From the IMG/VR virus record IMGVR_UViG_3300043908_006005: DNA of 20,000 bases; one strand, given 5' to 3'. Below, in pieces: positions 1 to 7,305 of this stretch. This DNA comes from an uncultured virus (IMG/VR IMGVR_UViG_3300043908_006005) (taxonomy: Duplodnaviria > Heunggongvirae > Uroviricota > Caudoviricetes). The notes under the pieces were generated by a model that was not told the origin of the DNA, made no database searches, and saw only the letters and a program-made list of their open reading frames with translations. Both the position numbers and the translations under genes were made by a program. Each line of letters starts with the position of its first letter. The stretch's first letter is position 1.

Positions 1-775
1 CATCTGGAGGACCAAGAATATCGTTTACGTCTTCGCAATTCGCGCAGCTTACCGGCAGTGGCGGACTATATCCAGACTTATTACCCAAGTACGGTATGTC
101 ACACTGCTCCCCAGGACAAAACTGCCAAGGAACTTCTTGCTTCACAAACTCTAAAGCCACTACAGACGTTGTGCCTAAATCGCATGTTGAATTAAATGGA
201 TATGGAGTGTATGGAGCGTTGTTTGTGCAATCAGGACAATCAATATTTTTTCTTGCAAAACAACCGGGGCATCTTTCTGCTGTATGACTTTGGCCTCCTA
301 GAGGACCCATTCCAAACATCCCACTCCCGCCCCCATTTTCGGGCATTCCAGGCATATTCTGCTGGGCTGATGTTATAGTGGTGCTTATTTCAGGCTCTAG
401 TGCTTTACCTTGAGGCGGCGCGCATGGATAGCATGGACCTTTTTTATTTTTTCTATCTCCACAAAATTTATCCTCGTTCATATCGGAAGGTCTACACTTT
501 TGTGCCTCGTGTGCTTCCTCTAGGCACGGCGAACCAAACTGCTTAGAATTGCACAAAATCCATTCTGCAAAAGGGGTCCCTACACAACAAAGATGATTGT
601 CAGAACTGGCAATTGATGCCGCACACTGAGCTCTTCCTGGTTCTGGTTCTGGTTCTGGTTCTGGTGTTCCCTGACAATAGGAATTATCTACTACTTGTCC
701 ACCAGCAGCAATGCACTCTGATTCATTTTCTTTTTGAGAGTAGCCTTCACCGGGAATATAACAACATACGGGCAT
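1..775 (-). CDS. Cys/Pro-rich hypothetical protein, probably virion-associated (runs off the window edge, >258 aa)
   Basis: Not in the ORF track because it has no stop in the window. Translated by hand from ATG at 775: MPVCCYIPGEGYSQKENESECIAAGGQVVDNSYCQGTPEPEPEPEPGRAQC...SCANCEDVNDILGPPD, open to position 1. GAGGA lies 7 nt upstream and the start is 3 nt after the TAA of the previous gene. 22 Cys in 258 codons. Confidence 0.9.
   Translation of the reverse strand, partial: MPVCCYIPGEGYSQKENESECIAAGGQVVDNSYCQGTPEPEPEPEPGRAQCAASIASSDNHLCCVGTPFAEWILCNSKQFGSPCLEEAHEAQKCRPSDMNEDKFCGDRKNKKGPCYPCAPPQGKALEPEISTTITSAQQNMPGMPENGGGSGMFGMGPLGGQSHTAERCPGCFARKNIDCPDCTNNAPYTPYPFNSTCDLGTTSVVALEFVKQEVPWQFCPGEQCDIPYLGNKSGYSPPLPVSCANCEDVNDILGPPD
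637..665. repeat. Hexanucleotide tandem repeat (CTGGTT, about 4.8 copies) encoding a PEPEPEPEP linker
   Basis: ctggttctggttctggttctggttctggt read directly; in frame in the 1..775 CDS. Confidence 0.9.
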
Positions 776-778
776 ATT

Positions 779-1402
779 TTAATCCTCTTCCTCTTCTGGC
801 ATTTGTGGATTCTCTGCTGTTGGCGTGCATTCTTCCCAAGTAATCAACGGACCTAAAGGAAAAATTCTTATATAGCCAGGAAAAAAGTCGTGGTCATATC
901 CAAAATAAAATGGGGCGTGAGGCTCTGGGGAAGGAACAGTTCCAGGAACCCCGCCGCATTCTATAGGGCCTGGAAATAAAACACAAAAGTCCTCACACCT
1001 CTCGCTCTCCTCAATAACTTTATCCCACTTTTCGGATTCAGGTTGTCCAGCGGTATAGTATGCCTTAAAAGGACTAAGAGGGCCCGTTCCACCGGCCATA
1101 TCTTCATCGCACCATTGAGGAGGAACAATATCTTGGTGGCCGTCCTTTGAATCTTCGTCTGGGTCAAAGTCTCTCCAGCTATTAATAGGGGGTTTTACTA
1201 AATGTCCTACTAAACAGTCTGGCTCTCCAGTATTTCCATCGTCGCATGGAGATACTGATGGACCACATCTCCAATCGATTGGAATTGAGCCGTCTCCGCC
1301 GTGCTTATCCCATTCTCCACATTCTCCTAGATGTGCGTACGTAAGGTCGTCTTCAAGTATATCAATAAGATAATTTGGATAATCTCTATGTTGAACTGCC
1401 AT
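779..1402 (-). CDS. Acidic Cys/Pro/Gly-rich hypothetical protein (207 aa), probably virion-associated
   Basis: ORF track gives 779..1405 with a TTG start. ATG at 1402 is preferred because GGAG lies 7 nt upstream (TAATTTGGGAGCATTTTGATG). 9 Cys, many D/E/P, no recognisable domain. Confidence 0.8.
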   Translation of the reverse strand: MAVQHRDYPNYLIDILEDDLTYAHLGECGEWDKHGGDGSIPIDWRCGPSVSPCDDGNTGEPDCLVGHLVKPPINSWRDFDPDEDSKDGHQDIVPPQWCDEDMAGGTGPLSPFKAYYTAGQPESEKWDKVIEESERCEDFCVLFPGPIECGGVPGTVPSPEPHAPFYFGYDHDFFPGYIRIFPLGPLITWEECTPTAENPQMPEEEED

Positions 1403-1417
1403 CAAAATGCTCCCAAA

Positions 1418-4400
1418 TTAACTGCAAGGAAAATCTTCCCATGGGTCATCATCGTCATCATCTGGTGGCGCTTCAGGTTCAGGGGAAGGCGATGGTGGGC
1501 ATGGGCATGGGTCATACTTGCAGGACTTGACCATTGCAAATCTCGTGTTAACCCCAATAGTCGGTGGAGATTGAACGAAAATAATTCTAGTGGTTGCGGT
1601 TAAATCTAAACAGTTTTCTACGCCTTGGTCACCCGTCTCCGAATTTCCTTCTTCACCGGTTGCTCCTGGACTTCCGGTGGTTGCAAGACCTGCTTGTGGT
1701 TCTTGAGCGCATATGTCAGTAACAACACAGACAGGCATGAATTCTGCTTGTATTATAACATATTCACATCCAAATGGATTGTAGTACGCAAAAACTCTTT
1801 GACCTCCACATAAAGGCTGACCAAGTCTATTCGTAACTTTAACTTTGCGTTCTTCCCCTTGGTTGCCTTCTTGACACCTTGCAGGAATGTTAAGAGTGCC
1901 TTCTCCTCCAGGAGGAAGCTCGTCTTCTAAAGTGCCTTCAATTATGAATCCGTATTTATCTCTATCGTTGGGCGGTGCGGTCCATACCTTTCTATCGTCA
2001 TCCCATCTAAGGTCAACTGGCCCAGTCTTCCATTTTTTAGCCTTTCTCAGCCAGTCAGAAAGAAACTTTTTCTTATCGTCTGGGTCAGCAGGAACGGGGC
2101 ATCCATCCATGTCATATCCCCACCCAGATAAAACTAACGGCCCTCTTAAACCCATGGGCCTACAGTCTCTTAACTCAGAGTCTGTCGGGTAGGGATAAAA
2201 ACCCCTTTCACTTGGCTCTGTTCCTGTAACCAAACCCCATATATCTGTACCTCCGGTTGCGTTGGTCGCTAGTTCAGAAGCCTTGGACATTGTCATAAAA
2301 GGATTTAATGTTTCAGAATTGATGGGTATATCGCATGTGCCATCACTAGGAGAACATAAACAGCACTCTACATGGTCATAATATTCAATTCCAGAATTGA
2401 AATCCGCTCCGGCAAGATTTTCGCAAATACCCTCTGTGGATTCATCTCCAGAAGGGTCTTCCCATTTGCTGAAATATTTTTGTCCAGAGTCACCAATAGT
2501 AAAGGGTCGGACTAAACCTTCGTTGCTTACAAAGGCCAAATTCTTCCATTTTTCCGAATCTGTCTGTAGATTGCTTTTATTAAAACTGTTATTGTCTTTA
2601 TATACATTGCCAAGATATTTTTCTCTCATGGAGTTTATATTCATACTCCACGATTCGTGATGTGTATAGTCTTCCTCCGTAGAGCCTAATCCGTCTTTTA
2701 GCGCAGTTAACCCTCCTGCTCCCGCTCCCCCTGCTCCGAAACCGCCTCCCGCACCACCATCAGCTCCGCCGCCAACGCCTTCACCGGCGCCACCACCAAA
2801 AAGAAGAGGCGCAATAGCTCCAGCAAACATACCGGCGCCGCCAATAGCGATTCCCATGGCAAGTCCGCCAGCAAAGGCCAATCCAAAAGCTCTTTGGAAT
2901 TGTTGAGACTTCTGGCCAATTAGCTGTAGCCACTCGACATCGCTTTGAGCTTTTTCTCCAAAGTTTCTAACAAAAGTTCTAAAGTTTATTGTTGTTGTAA
3001 CCCCTCCAGTCCCAAAAGCTATGTTTACATTTGTAACGTTTGGACCCATTGTACCCGCTAGCTGTGCGCCAAGCTGACTAATGTTTCCCTGGGACGGACC
3101 TCCTGCATATGTAATACTGCCTGATTCCAGAACATATTGATTTGAAAGTTTAGCGGAGGCCTTTATTGAGCCCGCCTGTAGCAACAAGCTGTAACCATTA
3201 AAAAGCCACGGAGCAAGGCTAGTGTCTCTTTCCCATTCACATCTACCATTGACTCCAAGATACGCTTCAAACGGACCGTAGCAATTATAATTAGATTTCA
3301 TGGGAACCGCCGCTGCTGACGGCGAAAACATAGCTGGGGCTAGAGACATTCCTTTCATTGAGCTTGCATGAGACGTCCTGAGCCATGCATGCAGGTTGAC
3401 TTTTTGACCAGGGGTCAGCGAGCCACCCTCAATTCCTCCCCATATTAATTGAAGTAAAGCGTAGTGCAGTCCTTCTACCACTCCACTTGCGGCGACTGCC
3501 GGTCTCATTTCGATTCCTGGGGTTTCTAAAAGGGCTATTGGTTGCGGTAAGCCGGGCCTGCAGTTATACATAAGCTCTTTAAAAGAAGCGCCAGTCCAGA
3601 CTCTGGTGCCATCAGGAGAAAACCATGTTCCTGAAATATTATTAAAGTTTAATTGATTTTGAACAGATAAAACATTTTCATTTGCTCTTATATGTCGCTC
3701 GTCCCAATAGAAAACAGGCCCGCATCTACCATCGTCAACTTTAAATATTTGTAGAACTGGACTATTCCACGGTATACCCAATATTCCTTGCGGGTGATAT
3801 GGGTTATTCATGTATCCAGCGTCTGTTCTTTCCCAATTTGTATTTGGCTCTGGCTCAACTCCTCCATTACAACAGTAAACTTCGGGAACATCAACCACAA
3901 ACTGTTTTCCATAATATTGACCAAATCCTGTAACATACTGATGTATTTGTTGCAACAACTCTTGCTTTAAATCTTTTGCTCGTGCAGCCGCCCAAGTAGC
4001 AGATAGCCAGTTTGAAGCGTTGATATTGAGGCCCAAATTCAATATTAGGCTAACCGATGCCGCGAGAAAGGGGGTGTTTGCGGCGTTCGGCATAGGTAGC
4101 CCAAGCATCGGAAGAAGCATGGGTTTAAAATAAGTAATAAACATATACCAAGAGTCAAAGCCAGCTAAAGCTGCTCTTAGCTCAAGAACGCTAATGTTAT
4201 AAGTTCCTCCGACCAAAAACCCCCAAGGTTGATTTGCAACACAGGTAGTGAAGTTTTCTCCGTCGCCTCTACCATAAGAAACAACGCCTTGACCTGCGTA
4301 TGGTCCACAGGCGTGCTTTCCCCAGTACGTATGCAGATTATTTTTTATTTGGTCAAAATTACCGCCAGCATTGTCGTTCTGCCAACTTTGCCATATTTCG

Positions 4401-5377
4401 TGTCTATATTCTCCTTGAACCGCAGACTGTGACACAACATCAGAAAACTCTAGTCCTGCAGACCATTTCATAACGTTGTGCGCACAATTTCCATCAGTAG
4501 CGTTTGCTTTTTGATACGCAACCCCAATTTGATAGCTTGCGCCAGCATTTATTCTTTGCGCCCTTAATAATCCGGAAGCCGCTGGGTTAATGTCAAAATT
4601 GTTATACCTAACCCTTATGATGGCCGTTGCTTGACCTGTCCTGTCCGGCAAAAGGTCTATATATATCCTTCCTCCTGAAGCTCTTGCAGCACGGCTTATA
4701 GCCTCCATGCACGTTGTAGAATCTCCGTTGAACCTTAAATTGTCAGGACCAATTCCAGACTCTAAATAAAGCTTGTAAGAAAAAGGCCTGCCTCTCTTAT
4801 CGTATCTAAACCAGAAAAATCTTTGATATAAAACGCCAAGAGAATTTCTTCTAAAATAAAGAGCCCTCTTTATCATCTGCCAAGTAACGCCAACATCATT
4901 GCACCAAGAAGGCACTCCATTAATGTATGGAACGTTTATCATATTGTTTATTTTTGATGCTTGGATTCCAAATCTAGAGAAAAATATTGGGGAATCGTCT
5001 GCGTTCTGAAGAACTAGAGTAGAGCTGTCTAGAACTATAGATGGGCTTCTAAGCCTTACGGATATTGTTGACCCTCCTGGGCCCCTATTCCTTTCCCAGT
5101 TATACAAAAGACCGCCGTAAACAAAACCATCATATATGAAAAATAAAGGAGTTCCGATGGGCTGGGGAACAAATCTGTCTGCCCCGTAAGTTATTCCGCT
5201 CCTCCACGTTCTGCTTCCGTTGCTGTTAGTAACATATCCGTGAATAACCTTTGGCGTAGTTGTGCATTTATCTTCTACTAACTGCACTGTGACTTCAGTG
5301 TTGTCTGCGCCAAAGCCAAGGCCAGAGTTAAAGCTCATGACGCTAGCGCCCATAAATCTAGTTTGCCTAAAAGCCAT
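1418..5377 (-). CDS. Large phage tail protein, putative baseplate hub/Tal-like (1319 aa)
   Basis: Long ORF with AAGGA SD. The N-terminus (FMGASVMSFNSGLGFG..EVTVQLVED) and late motifs (GLRGPLVLSGWGYD, KTGPVDLRWDDDRKVW) resemble proteins I recall from large uncultured phages. The beta-rich segment GSITYAG...VTNVNIAFGTGGVTTTINF resembles the end of hub-type folds. Function is inferred mainly from position downstream of the tape measure gene. Confidence 0.55.
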   Translation of the reverse strand: MAFRQTRFMGASVMSFNSGLGFGADNTEVTVQLVEDKCTTTPKVIHGYVTNSNGSRTWRSGITYGADRFVPQPIGTPLFFIYDGFVYGGLLYNWERNRGPGGSTISVRLRSPSIVLDSSTLVLQNADDSPIFFSRFGIQASKINNMINVPYINGVPSWCNDVGVTWQMIKRALYFRRNSLGVLYQRFFWFRYDKRGRPFSYKLYLESGIGPDNLRFNGDSTTCMEAISRAARASGGRIYIDLLPDRTGQATAIIRVRYNNFDINPAASGLLRAQRINAGASYQIGVAYQKANATDGNCAHNVMKWSAGLEFSDVVSQSAVQGEYRHEIWQSWQNDNAGGNFDQIKNNLHTYWGKHACGPYAGQGVVSYGRGDGENFTTCVANQPWGFLVGGTYNISVLELRAALAGFDSWYMFITYFKPMLLPMLGLPMPNAANTPFLAASVSLILNLGLNINASNWLSATWAAARAKDLKQELLQQIHQYVTGFGQYYGKQFVVDVPEVYCCNGGVEPEPNTNWERTDAGYMNNPYHPQGILGIPWNSPVLQIFKVDDGRCGPVFYWDERHIRANENVLSVQNQLNFNNISGTWFSPDGTRVWTGASFKELMYNCRPGLPQPIALLETPGIEMRPAVAASGVVEGLHYALLQLIWGGIEGGSLTPGQKVNLHAWLRTSHASSMKGMSLAPAMFSPSAAAVPMKSNYNCYGPFEAYLGVNGRCEWERDTSLAPWLFNGYSLLLQAGSIKASAKLSNQYVLESGSITYAGGPSQGNISQLGAQLAGTMGPNVTNVNIAFGTGGVTTTINFRTFVRNFGEKAQSDVEWLQLIGQKSQQFQRAFGLAFAGGLAMGIAIGGAGMFAGAIAPLLFGGGAGEGVGGGADGGAGGGFGAGGAGAGGLTALKDGLGSTEEDYTHHESWSMNINSMREKYLGNVYKDNNSFNKSNLQTDSEKWKNLAFVSNEGLVRPFTIGDSGQKYFSKWEDPSGDESTEGICENLAGADFNSGIEYYDHVECCLCSPSDGTCDIPINSETLNPFMTMSKASELATNATGGTDIWGLVTGTEPSERGFYPYPTDSELRDCRPMGLRGPLVLSGWGYDMDGCPVPADPDDKKKFLSDWLRKAKKWKTGPVDLRWDDDRKVWTAPPNDRDKYGFIIEGTLEDELPPGGEGTLNIPARCQEGNQGEERKVKVTNRLGQPLCGGQRVFAYYNPFGCEYVIIQAEFMPVCVVTDICAQEPQAGLATTGSPGATGEEGNSETGDQGVENCLDLTATTRIIFVQSPPTIGVNTRFAMVKSCKYDPCPCPPSPSPEPEAPPDDDDDDPWEDFPCS

Positions 5378-5389
5378 TTTTATTCCTTT

Positions 5390-7261
5390 TTATCCGAACT
5401 GTACTGTAGTACATCCTGTTTGATATGTATACGTTGTTGATAGATTGTATTTTCCAGAAGTGGAATCAAAAGACTCTTGTTGGTCTGACACTATCATCAA
5501 AGTGTTATTTTCATTGTTAGGGTGACAAGGATGGTTTGTTGGAAGAGTTATTCTTCTCGCTCCCTTGGCGATGCTGTCTGTCGCCAAGGGTCTTTGAAAT
5601 ATTACCACGTTAGTAACATCCTCTCCATTCCAGGATGTGGGTTTTGGAACAACTCTTTGATTTTTCATTAAAATGTCTACTGTTACAGTAACAGAGGCAA
5701 GTTCCTTTGTATTCATATTCTGTAAAATTGGACCCGAAACCCTTCCAGGAACCTCTAATATTGCATATTTGCTAACGGCTTTTTTGTCTTGGGATGAATA
5801 AGTTTCAGTTTTACTTCCAGAAATAAATTGAGGTCTATTGTTAAAAAGATATGAATAGGATATGCTGCCATTAGCTACGTTTTGACTAACTGTTTTAGAT
5901 ATGTGTTCTGGCTTTAACTTTGTGCCCAAGGAATCTTCATAGGCCGATGAAATATATTCGTCAGAGAAGCACCTTTTCGCATACTCATATATAGTGAAAG
6001 TGCTCACTCCCGGACCTCCACCTCCTGGAGTTTCTTCATAGACATCCTCAAAATATGCTTTAGCTGCGGCAAATGCGGACTCTGTAACATTATCATAATC
6101 AGCATCACTTCGTTCTCCTATCGTGCAGCTTTTTCTAGTCTCAAGACCTGTAATAGTTCCGGCAACATTCACTGTAACGAGGCCCGTATTTCTGTCATAA
6201 CTCAAGTCAACATTGCAGTCATCAAAAACATTATGGTTGGTTTCTGAATCCGTTTTTGCCATTACCCAGTTTTCTGTAACGCTGTATGTTCCATTAGAGT
6301 AGTCTGCATTTTTGCTTCTAACGTGATTATACAATTTATAATTATCATAATCACCAGATGGACCTGTTCCAAAACCAAATATATCTTCAAAATTCTTGCT
6401 GTACGCAGGGCTATTTACAGAAGGTAGCCCAACTTGACCGTCGACCCAAAGCTTAGCGTTTTCCCAAGGCTTTCTAATTAAGCCGTTTCCGTCATAAGCA
6501 TTTTTGCCGGTAGCGGTAATCGTATGCGTAATATTATATACTTGGGTTTGCCTGTGGTCTATGTTATGGTTTGCGCCATCACAAGTGCTTGGATTTGAGC
6601 CGTAAGTATGAGGAATCATTTCCCCTTTTCTGTTTCCTGCAAAATCTATTTGCCAATTTTCATCAGCAGCGGAGAGGTATATGGGCTTCCCAGCATTTAC
6701 AGCCGTTCCAGGCTCATTGAAAAATTGTCCAGACTCATGAACCTTTACTTCGTCAGAATTCTTAAAGTCCTCTCGTCCATATCCTGTTTCTCCTCTAGAG
6801 GTCTCATCAACAACACCAATAACTTCATCTAGCTCAAGTGTTATGCTAAATGGTAATGTCTGAACATATTGATTAGATGGGAAGTCAATGGATGTGATGC
6901 GTGGATAACCCGAAATAGCCGGATACACAGCGCCTCCGCCGCTATTCTCAAGCCAACTGCTTATCTCAAGAAGCTTACCGTCTGTAGAAAACAAATCTCT
7001 AAGAGCTTCGGTTTTCTTCATAAAAGAATGCTGAAGCTTGTCTATGTCTATATCGTTTTCATCATCTGGAGGGGTATAATTTGCATCATCGGCAAACACG
7101 CCCTTACTGTTAGGAGAACCCTTCTGAGGAATTAGAGTTCCGTCTAGGGTTATATTATATGTAGCGCCAACTTTTTGTCCATCAGACGTTCTGATATAAG
7201 TTTTGCTTATTCCTAAAAATGGCGCGGGAACTATATATTTCCCATCATATGAAATTGGCAT
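5390..7261 (-). CDS. Phage tail structural protein, putative distal-tail/baseplate component (623 aa)
   Basis: Long ORF with AGGA SD. Beta-strand-rich with recurring motifs (YNITLDGTL, YNITHTITATGK, NGTYSVTENW, NGSISYSYLF, SGKYNLSTTY). N-terminal IVPAPFLGISK. Lies between the tape measure/adhesin genes and the hub-like gene. CDS is certain, product is inferred. Confidence 0.5.
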   Translation of the reverse strand: MPISYDGKYIVPAPFLGISKTYIRTSDGQKVGATYNITLDGTLIPQKGSPNSKGVFADDANYTPPDDENDIDIDKLQHSFMKKTEALRDLFSTDGKLLEISSWLENSGGGAVYPAISGYPRITSIDFPSNQYVQTLPFSITLELDEVIGVVDETSRGETGYGREDFKNSDEVKVHESGQFFNEPGTAVNAGKPIYLSAADENWQIDFAGNRKGEMIPHTYGSNPSTCDGANHNIDHRQTQVYNITHTITATGKNAYDGNGLIRKPWENAKLWVDGQVGLPSVNSPAYSKNFEDIFGFGTGPSGDYDNYKLYNHVRSKNADYSNGTYSVTENWVMAKTDSETNHNVFDDCNVDLSYDRNTGLVTVNVAGTITGLETRKSCTIGERSDADYDNVTESAFAAAKAYFEDVYEETPGGGGPGVSTFTIYEYAKRCFSDEYISSAYEDSLGTKLKPEHISKTVSQNVANGSISYSYLFNNRPQFISGSKTETYSSQDKKAVSKYAILEVPGRVSGPILQNMNTKELASVTVTVDILMKNQRVVPKPTSWNGEDVTNVVIFQRPLATDSIAKGARRITLPTNHPCHPNNENNTLMIVSDQQESFDSTSGKYNLSTTYTYQTGCTTVQFG

Positions 7262-7305
7262 TTTTTAAGTCCTATAATTAAGATTTCTATATTAATATAC
7301 ACCAC
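7262..7305 (-). promoter_or_regulatory. AT-rich intergenic spacer with a 12-bp palindrome and RBS; candidate internal (late) promoter or operator
   Basis: Longest intergenic gap in the window (44 nt). Minus strand reads GTGGTGTATATTAATATAGAAATCTTAATTATAGGACTTAAAAA-ATG. Perfect palindrome TATATTAATATA at 7288-7299. Confidence 0.4.
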
